DNA from: Promethearchaeati archaeon
GTDB taxonomy: Archaea; Asgardarchaeota; Heimdallarchaeia; JABLTI01
DNA length: 38,398 bases
Reading direction: 5' to 3'
Assembly: GCA_013166835.1 (NCBI GenBank)
Contig: JABLTI010000047.1
Coordinates: forward strand, 1 to 38,398
A program made the position numbers and the translations under genes. The notes under the pieces were generated by a model. That model did no database searches. It was not told the origin of the DNA and worked only from the letters and a program-made list of their open reading frames with translations. Positions within the stretch are counted from its first letter, which is position 1; each line of letters starts with the position of its first letter. Shown piece by piece: positions 19,430 to 28,529 of the stretch.

Positions 19430-21008
19430 ATGATTTCTTGGTTGTAGATTTTGTTGATTTTTGTTTTTTCTCAGCTGTAGTTTTACTCTTTTGTGTTGGT
19501 GTTTTGGGTTTAGGCTTCGGTGCTTTCTTTTTAGGTTCCGATGGTTTTTCTTCTTTGGGGTGCAATTGCTTTTCTAAAGCAGCATTTAGATTTTCAATCA
19601 ATAACATTTCTGTACCTTGTGGAACTCTTGCTCCGGCAGCAATATTATGACCCCCGCCTTCTGCTTCAGAACCTATAGACTCAACTGCTTCTCTTAATGC
19701 CAAACCTAGATCTAGTCCTTGTTTGATAAGCTGAGTAGTTCCTCTACTGCTAATCTTTACTGTTCCATCTTCTGAAATGGCGATGCCTACAAGTGGTTTA
19801 TTCTTATCAATAAACCTCTTACTTGAAATAGCAATGGAAGTTACTGTCCCAATCATTGTATCATCTATGATATTCCTGCCATCAAAAAGTATCAAGTTAG
19901 AGTACTCTTTCAAATGCTCACTATCTTGGTTTATAATTTCAAGGGATTTAGAGATTTTAATACGATAAGCATGCATTATTTCTTCTGCTTCTTGTAAGAG
20001 GAATTTTCTTTCACCCATACAGATTCCAATAGCAATTCCTGTTGCTTTTAATCTTCCACAAGAATTTAGGAGTGAACCAAACTCTCTTGCATCTCTCAGA
20101 AGAGTTCCAGTTTGCTCATTTGGCAAGTTGTAAACCCAACCTAAGATGCTTTGTGATTCTTGAGCTGTCATGCCCATTTTTAATCCATAAGTTATTAATC
20201 CTTCAACTAACATTCTTCGTTCATCATTATTAAGATCCTGGATGGTTCTCCAAGTATCTCCTCTCTGTTGAGGTATGCCAGTATCACGCATAAACCGAAT
20301 ACACATATCTCCATCACCTGTAAGACCCGGGAGAAATGGATCAGTAGTATACTCAAGTGCTTGATAAATCGGTCGTGTTTCTCTTCCAAATAATCTGATA
20401 TCTAATTTTACTTCAAGAACACCTGCTTTAAGGCCATCTTCAACAATCTTCTGATTTAATGAAATAAGAGAATTCTTCTCGCCTTTATCCTGACGATCGG
20501 CTAATGCACCAACAACTGCAATGCTTGCTGAATCAATATTCTTGGAACCCAGCTTTTTCGCAAAGAAATAGGATAGACCAGCACCACTAATTTGATTCGC
20601 ACCATCATAATTAAACTCGAACGGATTCACATGAACTAATGATTCAAATTCAGGTTTTGCTAAAACCGGATGGTGGTCTAGAATTATAATTTCCTTTTCA
20701 GACAAGTACTTGTTAATGCCTTCTAATTGTCCTCCCCCTAAATCAGTAAATAAGAGCGTTTTTACATCCTTCAGCATTGATAATTCACTTATGATCTGTA
20801 ATTCGAGTTGTCTAACGCATCTAATATGATAGGGAATATTCGCTCGATGAAGGGCTTTACCAATTATACCAGCAGAAGTAAGTCCATCTGCATCTATATG
20901 ACTCACACATAAGATAGTATCTTTTGAGTCTTTTATAGTATCAACTGCTGCATTGATTCTATTGGTGAATTCTTTGAAGTTTCCTTTAGTACTTTTTGCA
21001 GAGGACAT
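19422..21008 (-). CDS. RecJ-like DHH/DHHA1 phosphoesterase with a Lys/Pro/Thr-rich tail
   Basis: HIDADG, TDLG, LDHH, GGGHNIAAG; ATG at 21008 with a GGTGGAG SD. Confidence 0.92.
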   Translation of the reverse strand: MSSAKSTKGNFKEFTNRINAAVDTIKDSKDTILCVSHIDADGLTSAGIIGKALHRANIPYHIRCVRQLELQIISELSMLKDVKTLLFTDLGGGQLEGINKYLSEKEIIILDHHPVLAKPEFESLVHVNPFEFNYDGANQISGAGLSYFFAKKLGSKNIDSASIAVVGALADRQDKGEKNSLISLNQKIVEDGLKAGVLEVKLDIRLFGRETRPIYQALEYTTDPFLPGLTGDGDMCIRFMRDTGIPQQRGDTWRTIQDLNNDERRMLVEGLITYGLKMGMTAQESQSILGWVYNLPNEQTGTLLRDAREFGSLLNSCGRLKATGIAIGICMGERKFLLQEAEEIMHAYRIKISKSLEIINQDSEHLKEYSNLILFDGRNIIDDTMIGTVTSIAISSKRFIDKNKPLVGIAISEDGTVKISSRGTTQLIKQGLDLGLALREAVESIGSEAEGGGHNIAAGARVPQGTEMLLIENLNAALEKQLHPKEEKPSEPKKKAPKPKPKTPTQKSKTTAEKKQKSTKSTTKKSSK

Positions 21009-21153
21009 ATCTCCACCACACAAGTCATTACATTGTGCTACTTAATATCATTTTGTGTATTTTTACTTAAAAAGCTACTAAAATCTAAAAATTAAATAAA
21101 AAGAAAGAAAAAAAGATATCGTGCTCAATAATGTAGATAATTCTGTATTTAGC

Positions 21154-21609
21154 TTACCTAATTATTGTAGCAGCAGTATCTGGTCTGTATCTGAAAGTTT
21201 TTGGAATAATACCTTTCTTTTGATAATATCTCATTAGTCGTCTGATTTTTGATTCTATTTTCTCTAAACCATATCTTGAATGGAGATCTTTTGGATGACC
21301 ATCTAGATGTCTTCTTAGAGCCATAGCTCTTCTAACCAAATTCCTAAAGTCTTCTGGATAATCAGGATAAATGCCTTCTCTTTTCATAATTTCTGAAATC
21401 CTTTGCTTGATAACAAGCTTAGATGAAGGTATTCCATGAGTATCTCTTAGAACAGTACCAATCATTGCTGAAGTTAAGCCTTGTTTTGCAAGGTCAACAA
21501 TTTTTGTTTCGATTTCTTCAGGTGTCTGTGTTATCCACTCAGGAATAGATGCATGAGGGGGTCTTTTAGAACCTGATTTACCTTTACGTCTTGTATGCAT
21601 TCTTGCCAT
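21154..21609 (-). CDS. rps15: 30S ribosomal protein S15 (uS15)
   Basis: MARMHTRRKGKSGSKRP…IGTVLRDTHGIP…IESKIRRLMRYY; ATG at 21609 with a GGTGA SD. Confidence 0.97.
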   Translation of the reverse strand: MARMHTRRKGKSGSKRPPHASIPEWITQTPEEIETKIVDLAKQGLTSAMIGTVLRDTHGIPSSKLVIKQRISEIMKREGIYPDYPEDFRNLVRRAMALRRHLDGHPKDLHSRYGLEKIESKIRRLMRYYQKKGIIPKTFRYRPDTAATIIR

Positions 21610-21622
21610 ATGTTTCACCAGT

Positions 21623-21712
21623 TGTCCTGATGTTTCGTATCAGAGCTCCATACCTTACCCCCTAAACGGATGGCGAATCCTTGGGAAAAAGTGACCCGAT
21701 TACGAACAGACA
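21623..21712 (-). ncRNA. Candidate structured 5' leader of rps15 (ribosomal-protein autoregulatory leader)
   Basis: GC-enriched non-coding segment; UGUC/GACA, UUCGUA/UACGAA, UCGGG/UCUGA, UUCCC/GGGGG and GGAU/AUCC form a nested stem ending just before the SD. Confidence 0.55.
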
Positions 21713-21831
21713 GCATTTCAGCTATCTTACCATTATTCATCAGAATATGGAAGTAATTGAAGTTTTCAGACTTCCATTATTAAATATTGCTATGGAGTGT
21801 CTAAATTCCTCGTGAATCTGAGGGAAAAGAA

Positions 21832-22737
21832 TTACTTCTTGAAAAGATCCTTTCTTGGTTCGAATTTAAAAATAACTTTTGCTTTACCACCGATTTTAAC
21901 TGATTTGATCTCATCTTCTGTTCCTTTAATTATCACTTCAATTATGCTTGGTCGTTCCAAGGATTCTCCTTGTTCAATTATTATAGTACCTGGTTTAGCA
22001 AAACCTCTTTTGACAAGGTAAGCTCCTAATGCACCATTCGCTAGACCTGATACAACAGTTTCCGGGGAACCTCTTATCGGTTCAAATTGTCGAGTATAAC
22101 AAGTGGACCCATCTAAATATGTGTCGAAAGTATAAAGATGAATACCAGAAACTTTCATTCTTCTACAAAGACGTTCAACTTCATCATATTTGGGTACTAA
22201 TGCATCAGTCATTTCTTTACTAGAAATCAAAATCAGTAATTTTGGACTCCCAGTGTCAGCTATAACAAGAGGGAGTTTCTCATCGGATTCTATTTTATCA
22301 ATTCGTATTCCTAAAATATCTGCCAGTGCTTGTATGTTAAATTCAACATCTCTAAATTGAGGTTTTCTCTGAGTCATGTAAACTTTATCTAGAATATCAT
22401 TTTTCCATTGGATTTCCGTTTTAAATATACCTTCCTTTGTTTCCACTTTAATAGATGCTTTTGAATTCTCAGGTACAATATCTCCAACATCTGCAAGAAG
22501 CCATAATGCTGCAATTGTAGCATGACCACTAAGAGGTATTTCTTTTTTAGGAGTAAAGTAATCAATCTTAAAATCCGCTTTTTCACTATTTGATACAAAT
22601 GCAGTAACTGAAAGATTCATCTCTCTGGCAATAGATTCTCTTATCTTTTTTGAGAATTCATCTTTCATATCTAGGACAATTGCAGTGGGATTCCCTAAGA
22701 ATGGTTCGCTACTAAAGGCATCTACTTGATAAAACAA
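21832..22737 (-). CDS. PhzF/PhzC-family (DAP-epimerase fold) protein with substituted catalytic residues
   Basis: FYQVDAFS..PFLGNP, IAREMNLSVTAFV, FTPKKEIPLSGHAT, IEQGESLERPS, IGGKA. Confidence 0.88.
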   Translation of the reverse strand: MFYQVDAFSSEPFLGNPTAIVLDMKDEFSKKIRESIAREMNLSVTAFVSNSEKADFKIDYFTPKKEIPLSGHATIAALWLLADVGDIVPENSKASIKVETKEGIFKTEIQWKNDILDKVYMTQRKPQFRDVEFNIQALADILGIRIDKIESDEKLPLVIADTGSPKLLILISSKEMTDALVPKYDEVERLCRRMKVSGIHLYTFDTYLDGSTCYTRQFEPIRGSPETVVSGLANGALGAYLVKRGFAKPGTIIIEQGESLERPSIIEVIIKGTEDEIKSVKIGGKAKVIFKFEPRKDLFKK

Positions 22738-22973
22738 TCCAATAGTATCTCCTGTTTATTTGTTTGCTATTAGATTAAGTTGAACTAAAATTGCTTCTTT
22801 TTTGAACATATAAAACTTTTCTTGCTGATAAATCAATGCTTATTTTTGAGAAAACTCCGGATAATTTAAGAAAAGGAATTGAAGAAGAGTTAATAATCCT
22901 TATTTAAAGAAAACCATTAACAATAAATATTCGAAAAATATATTCAAATCTATGATATCTCGAGGTTAAATCC

Positions 22974-23861
22974 TTGCCAAAGAGAGAAAAAGAAAAGAAA
23001 GCAAAGAAAGATGATACTTCTGAAGTAGTTGAGAAGGAGAAAGGTAAAGACATTAAGAAAGAAGAGAAGATTGAACCGAAAAAAGAAAAGAAGAGAAAAA
23101 GTCGGAGAAAAGTAAGGAGAGAAAAAGTAGATTCGGAAAAAATTGCTGAAATCGAAAACAATGCTTACAATTTATTATTTGATGATGTTAATCTGTTCCT
23201 TCATGAGCTTCCGCATATGAGTCTGAATGCTTTACGACAAAGATTAGTTCTTATTGATGGAAAGATGCTCTGGTTAGAGAAAATTAGCGAAATTGATCTT
23301 CTAGATGAGGAAGGTTCTGATGATATCATTGATATGGAAATGGAAATGTTGGAGATGGGGTTAGATTTGGAGACAGCTGATGAAATGAAATCAGCTTATG
23401 AACCAGATGTAAAGGACTTCAATCTTTCAACCTTCAAAGCTCAAATTGAAGAAGAGAAAACTTTGGGTGAAAGCATAAAGGACATTGTCAAAGAAATCGA
23501 AATGGGTGATTTAGAGAAACCCATTGATGAACTTATGACTAAATTCATTCTTTATGATCTAAGGGCTCAAATGGAACGAGCAATAAATGAAGTCTTCAAA
23601 ATTGAAGGAAAAATAAAGAAACTCAAGAAACAGGAAGGAAAAGATAAGGAAATTAAAGCTCTAGAAGCAGATCAGAAACATGCTGCGAATTCGCACCTAA
23701 AAGAGGTACTAAACAAGATCAAGAAAGAAAAACCGAAAATGATTCTATCAAAAGAGTTCATCACAGAATTCAAACAATTAACAAACAAGAAGATTGCAGC
23801 TTTAAAAGCTAGAGAAGAGAAGGAATTTGAACAAATGGTAGATGACCTATTAAAAGAATGA
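22974..23861 (+). CDS. Highly charged helical/coiled-coil hypothetical protein
   Basis: 295 aa, K/E-rich; GAGGT SD + TTG. Confidence 0.65.
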   Translation: MPKREKEKKAKKDDTSEVVEKEKGKDIKKEEKIEPKKEKKRKSRRKVRREKVDSEKIAEIENNAYNLLFDDVNLFLHELPHMSLNALRQRLVLIDGKMLWLEKISEIDLLDEEGSDDIIDMEMEMLEMGLDLETADEMKSAYEPDVKDFNLSTFKAQIEEEKTLGESIKDIVKEIEMGDLEKPIDELMTKFILYDLRAQMERAINEVFKIEGKIKKLKKQEGKDKEIKALEADQKHAANSHLKEVLNKIKKEKPKMILSKEFITEFKQLTNKKIAALKAREEKEFEQMVDDLLKE

Positions 23862-23873
23862 AGAATTAAAAAG

Positions 23874-24170
23874 GTGAATTTAATGGAAGAAATAGAATTA
23901 ACTGGTGTTGTTTCAAAAAAATTTAATGAATATATTTTGACCACAGATGAAGGCAAAGAATACAAACTCTTTGCTATTAATCCATGGGAGTCTGTACCAA
24001 TTGATTTTGATACTGCTAAATTCGAGGAATTCATTGGTGAATCAGTCAAAGTATATGGAAGACTCTCAGGAAGCGAAATATGGAATGCCTTAGTTCATTG
24101 CCCAGATGAAGCGGATACAAAAGCACCAAAATTAGATGATCTGTTAATCGATAATATTGAAAAAGAATGA
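23874..24170 (+). CDS. Small hypothetical protein, possibly OB-fold-like
   Basis: IELTGVV…YILTTDEGKEYKL…IGESVKVYG beta pattern; start may be ATG 23883. Confidence 0.6.
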   Translation: MNLMEEIELTGVVSKKFNEYILTTDEGKEYKLFAINPWESVPIDFDTAKFEEFIGESVKVYGRLSGSEIWNALVHCPDEADTKAPKLDDLLIDNIEKE

Positions 24171-24173
24171 ATA

Positions 24174-24192
24174 AGCGATGAATTTCATCGCT
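24174..24192. terminator. Perfect palindrome between convergent genes
   Basis: AGCGATGAA-T-TTCATCGCT. Confidence 0.45.
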
Positions 24193-24197
24193 AAAAT

Positions 24198-25382
24198 TTA
24201 TTGTTCTCTTCTACGACCGTATTTGGTTGTATCAAAGAAAGGATATTCTACTACTTTTGCTGGATATGGTTTATCTCTAATAATTATAGTGAATTCAGTA
24301 TCAAGTGCGGTATATGCTAAAGGAAGAATTGCCATAGCAATACCCTTTCCTGTTAGGGGGGAAATACTTCCACTTGCAACTTCACCAATTTCTTTTCCTT
24401 CGGAATGAATTTTGTAGCCATGTCTTGGTATTCCTTTCTTCAAAAGCTCTATACCAACTCTTTTTCTAGTTATTTCCTTTAAGGTTAACTTGTTTTCTTC
24501 ATTCAATGTAGGATACTTAGCTTTGAGTGCCTCTTGTCCAATGAAGAATTCCTTATTCATATCAATGAATATTCCTTGAATACCTAAATCCATTTCAAAA
24601 GGATCATACTCAGGAGTGAAATCTTGACCAGACAAAGGTAAGCCACCTCCAAGTCGCAAAGTATCTCGAGCACCTAATCCACAAGGCAATAAACCAAATG
24701 ATTCTCCTGCTTTCAAAATAGCTTTCCAGAGTTTGGTTGCTTTCTCAGCAATGGTATCTTTGGTTCCAACGGTTGTAATTTCAAACCCGTCCTCACCAGT
24801 ATATCCTGTTCGAGAAGCCATAATATCAATACCTGCTAGTTGAGTTTCAAAGTATCCCCAACTTCTTGGGATTTCAATATCAGTCATAGTTTCCAAAATT
24901 TTCACACCTTTTGGACCTTGAAGGGCGAACATAGCGGAATCTAAAGTGAAATCATAATAGCTAATATCTAAATTTGGATTCTTTTGTTTCTCACCATCAA
25001 TGAAATTAATCATCCAGTTCCAGTCATTGACTCGTGGACCAGCATTGCAAACAAAAATCGCATAATCTTCACTTTTTCTCATTGTGACACAATCATCTAG
25101 CATTCCTCCGTTCTCATCGAGGAGATAACTGTACCCGCAGCGACCATCTGCTAGCTTCATAAGATTTCGTGGCAAAATTTTGTTTAAAATTAGAAAAGCA
25201 TCTTTCCCTGTAAAACGGAAACGCCCCATGTGACTTACATCGAAAATTCCTGCGTTCTCTCTTACAGCCATATGCTCCTCTCTTATAGATGAAAATTGCA
25301 TTGGTAGTTCCCAACCACCAAAAGAAGCCATATCACCATTTTCTTTATGCCATTCATAAATTGGGGTTCTCATATCTGTCAT
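24198..25382 (-). CDS. gcvT: Glycine cleavage system T protein (aminomethyltransferase)
   Basis: FGGWELP.QF, EEHMAVRE.AGIFDVSHMG, ALQGP, RTGYTGEDGFE, GLGARDTLR; ATG at 25382 with GAGGA upstream. Confidence 0.95.
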   Translation of the reverse strand: MTDMRTPIYEWHKENGDMASFGGWELPMQFSSIREEHMAVRENAGIFDVSHMGRFRFTGKDAFLILNKILPRNLMKLADGRCGYSYLLDENGGMLDDCVTMRKSEDYAIFVCNAGPRVNDWNWMINFIDGEKQKNPNLDISYYDFTLDSAMFALQGPKGVKILETMTDIEIPRSWGYFETQLAGIDIMASRTGYTGEDGFEITTVGTKDTIAEKATKLWKAILKAGESFGLLPCGLGARDTLRLGGGLPLSGQDFTPEYDPFEMDLGIQGIFIDMNKEFFIGQEALKAKYPTLNEENKLTLKEITRKRVGIELLKKGIPRHGYKIHSEGKEIGEVASGSISPLTGKGIAMAILPLAYTALDTEFTIIIRDKPYPAKVVEYPFFDTTKYGRRREQ

Positions 25383-25542
25383 CAAACTATCCTCTAAGAT
25401 TTTTAGCAAGTTATATTATCTTTATTTCTGGAAACACAATTAGCTAGTCCTTTAAAAATTTTAAGGGAAAACCTAGATTAGTAGCTACATACAAAAACCT
25501 ACTCTCAGCTAACACAATAGTAAGATTATTGAGGTCAAAACT

Positions 25543-27006
25543 TTGGCTAAAAGAAAATCTTTCACAATTATATTTTATTTTATTTTTTCATTGCAATTAA
25601 TTTTCACTTTATCACTTAGCAATACTAATTCAGCAACAACAACTGGTCTGTATCAAACTCTCAACAAACCATTTATTGGTTCATTTTCGGAGAATGTTTT
25701 GTTATCAACAGAAGATTTTCTATATCCTCATCATGTTGAACCAACAATCGCTATAGGACCAAACGATCAGATTTTTGCTGGTTGGAAAAATGCAGATGGA
25801 CACAATACTGGTGGTCTCAGGGTCTCATTTTCAAAATCTGTTGATTATGGGGAAACATGGACAGCTCCAGAAGATATGCCATATTACGGTGGGCTTCTTA
25901 CCGGGCAATCAGATCCCTGGTTGGTTTATGCTGATGGTTATTTGTATTATGCCTATCTAGAATATAGTAGAACGGCAACTCCACTTTCCCATATTACAGT
26001 AGCAACAAGTATTGATAATGGTGAATCGTGGAACAGAGTAAATGCAACCGGTGGGGTGGACTTCGCTGATAAAGAAACTATGACAGTAGATTCTGCCGGA
26101 AACATCTACGTTGCTTACGATGACATAGTTATGGATAACGGCACAACATATATGCGATTAACTAAATCCACAGATCATGGACAATCATTTGATGAGATAT
26201 GCCTTATTGCTGACAGTGTTTCCGATCCAATTGATCACTTAGGTCCTTATGTTACAACGGATAGTCAGAACGATGTGTATGTGGCTTGGTTATGGTGGAC
26301 ATTAGATGCTACCTGGGGTGATGTTTATGTAACACGATCGATAAATCAAGGACTAACATTTTCTACTCCTGTAGATATTAATGCTGATTCAGAGAATGGA
26401 ACTTTCACAGCATCCTTAGATGGACAACCTATGAAAGGAACTCTACCTGTTATCAGATTTGATGATAATGATCGATTATATTGCCTTTGGGCTGAATTAA
26501 TTGATGCTGATCAGTCGTGGGGTACTTTTCTAAGATATTCCGATGACTATGGACTTACCTGGAGTGATCGTTATACAATAAATCAAGTTGTTAATGGAAA
26601 TCAATGGCAACCAGATATGGATATAGATTCACAGAATAGATTGCATTTTGTCTATTATGATCAACAAGGAGACTTTTTCAAACCATATTATCGTATGGGT
26701 TATTTTAATGATTCACTAACTACAACTCTTACAATAACAGATGCTTTACCCATAAGCGATGAATCAACAAACGCTATCTTTACTAGGCCCGGAGATTACT
26801 TCATGGTTCGAGTAGATTCAAAAGACATTCCACATGTTGTTTGGTCTGATGGAAGAAATAATGAAATGGACATCTATTATAGTCATGGTATTGTTCAAGC
26901 TACATCCAGTGGATCAATAGCTAATACAAATACTGGAATACCTATAGGAACTATTGTAATGGTTGCAGTTATTGTCTTTATAATTCGTAAACGCAGAGCA
27001 AATTAG
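25543..27006 (+). CDS. Membrane-anchored BNR/Asp-box beta-propeller (sialidase-like) protein
   Basis: Five Asp-boxes (SVDYGETW, SIDNGESW, STDHGQSF, SINQGLTF, SDDYGLTW), signal peptide, C-terminal TM + RKRR. Confidence 0.85.
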   Translation: MAKRKSFTIIFYFIFSLQLIFTLSLSNTNSATTTGLYQTLNKPFIGSFSENVLLSTEDFLYPHHVEPTIAIGPNDQIFAGWKNADGHNTGGLRVSFSKSVDYGETWTAPEDMPYYGGLLTGQSDPWLVYADGYLYYAYLEYSRTATPLSHITVATSIDNGESWNRVNATGGVDFADKETMTVDSAGNIYVAYDDIVMDNGTTYMRLTKSTDHGQSFDEICLIADSVSDPIDHLGPYVTTDSQNDVYVAWLWWTLDATWGDVYVTRSINQGLTFSTPVDINADSENGTFTASLDGQPMKGTLPVIRFDDNDRLYCLWAELIDADQSWGTFLRYSDDYGLTWSDRYTINQVVNGNQWQPDMDIDSQNRLHFVYYDQQGDFFKPYYRMGYFNDSLTTTLTITDALPISDESTNAIFTRPGDYFMVRVDSKDIPHVVWSDGRNNEMDIYYSHGIVQATSSGSIANTNTGIPIGTIVMVAVIVFIIRKRRAN

Positions 27007-27055
27007 CTCTCAATTATCTTTTTTTATATATTAGAAAAAGAAAGTGGATAAAGGA

Positions 27056-27946
27056 TCATTTGAGAATCCAATCTTTATCCCAGTCACCAATATAGCTAAA
27101 AGCAAAGGAGTTCGCACCTGTATGATAACCAACAAGTGGATTAGCTTCAAAATAATGAATTTTCATTCCATTCTTGTTGGATGCTTCTAAATGCTCATAG
27201 ATTTCTTCTGCAACTTTAGGATTTCTTGTATGCCAAAAAAAGATCTCATTAAATTCTGCTTTCTCAAGAATCATTTCTCCATATTTCTTTAGCTGATTTT
27301 TAACTTTGTTTTTGCTTAAAACACCTGCACCTTGGATAATCCCATCACCCATATATAATACAGGATTGAGACCAAAAGTTGATGCCATGAATTTCTTTGC
27401 GCGACCAATGTGTCCTGATAAATAGAGATACTCTAGATTCTGGAAGACAAAAGTAGTTCTTATTTTCTTATAAACTAACTCTAGGGCGTTCAAGATTTCA
27501 TCTTTAGTTTTGTTTTCAGCAGCTAATTTCGCAGCATAAAGAGCAAGGATACCAACACCAGTAGTAGCTTGTTTTGAATCAAAAACTGAGATATCTTTAT
27601 CTGGTAATAAATTTATAGCAAATTGTCTGGCATTGTCATTTATACTAGACATATCACCTGAGAGAAAAATAGCGATGACGAACTTACCTTTTGTAAGTGC
27701 TTCTTCATAAGCAGTTACTATTTCATGTGGTGTGGGAATCGAAGTTCTTGGAAGATTATCTTTATTACAACAAGACAATCGTTCGAAAAACTCATCTCGA
27801 GAAATTTCGTTTTTATCCACTCCCCAACATCGAAAAACCTCATCTTCGAATGTTATACGATAGGGTAAAATCGTGATGTTGTACTTTTCAATTACATCAT
27901 CAGTTAGGTTACTAACCCCATCTGTCACTATAGCGACTTCTTGCAT
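27056..27946 (-). CDS. DegV-family fatty-acid-binding protein
   Basis: AIVTDG, PRTSIP, LS..MSS, VFDSK, LEYLYLSGHIG, VGYHTG. Confidence 0.9.
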   Translation of the reverse strand: MQEVAIVTDGVSNLTDDVIEKYNITILPYRITFEDEVFRCWGVDKNEISRDEFFERLSCCNKDNLPRTSIPTPHEIVTAYEEALTKGKFVIAIFLSGDMSSINDNARQFAINLLPDKDISVFDSKQATTGVGILALYAAKLAAENKTKDEILNALELVYKKIRTTFVFQNLEYLYLSGHIGRAKKFMASTFGLNPVLYMGDGIIQGAGVLSKNKVKNQLKKYGEMILEKAEFNEIFFWHTRNPKVAEEIYEHLEASNKNGMKIHYFEANPLVGYHTGANSFAFSYIGDWDKDWILK

Positions 27947-28076
27947 AGTTGTAACAACTTCTATAGATTCAATAGTTAGGAATTAAGTACTAATTCTAGG
28001 AAGAAGTATAAAAAGTTTAATCGAATACTCTATAATTTAGAGCAATATCAAGAGTTGGCGTGAGAGAAAAAGTGGA

Positions 28077-28308
28077 ATGAAGAAGCACTGGATAGTTAAA
28101 AGAAGAACACCTAGCCGGGTTTTCAACAAGCAATATTCTTAGACTATTATTTGAAAATAAATTCAGAGTGCATCCGAAATACTTTCCCAGATTATTTTTT
28201 ACCATTTTTATGAGTACAATGCTTATGCCTTTAAGAATGATTGAACGAATCTTTTTCTTTTTAAAAGCATTTGATTTTGCTTGTTTTTGGAGAAGTAGAA
28301 AATGGTAG
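28077..28308 (+). pseudogene. Frameshifted, truncated N-terminus of a probable sulfotransferase-family gene
   Basis: MKKHWIVK, then a +1 shift at the A-run near 28098-28101, then EEHLAGFSTSNILRLLFENKFRVHPKYFPRLFFTIFMSTMLMPLRMIERIFF; ends before any PAPS-binding loop; the stop overlaps the tRNA 3' end. Confidence 0.45.
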
Positions 28309-28381
28309 CGCGGGGTGGATTCGAACCACCGATCCCAGGGTTATGAGCCCTGTGGGCACAACCTAGCTACCCCACCGCGCT
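28303..28381 (-). tRNA. Initiator tRNA-Met (CAT), intron-less, CCA encoded
   Basis: AGCGCGG…CAGGG-CTCATAA-CCCTG…GGTGG-TTCGAAT-CCACC-CCGCGCT-A-CCA; A1:U72 and three consecutive G:C pairs in the anticodon stem; TTATAAATA upstream at 28418-28426. Confidence 0.97.
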
Positions 28382-28529
28382 CTTGTTAGGGGTTTCTTAT
28401 CAATTTCTTTGAGACGTTATTTATAAGGTTTAGCTTTAATTTATTTCAACATGATTTTTCTTTTTTTTGTGAAAAAACTTCTAACTCATTATTGTGATTT
28501 GAAGTCTTATTCATACAAAAACAAAAGCT

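Noticed and set aside
28017-28205. 62-aa minus-strand ORF
   Set aside because: Antisense to the sulfotransferase-like remnant and has no protein-like features
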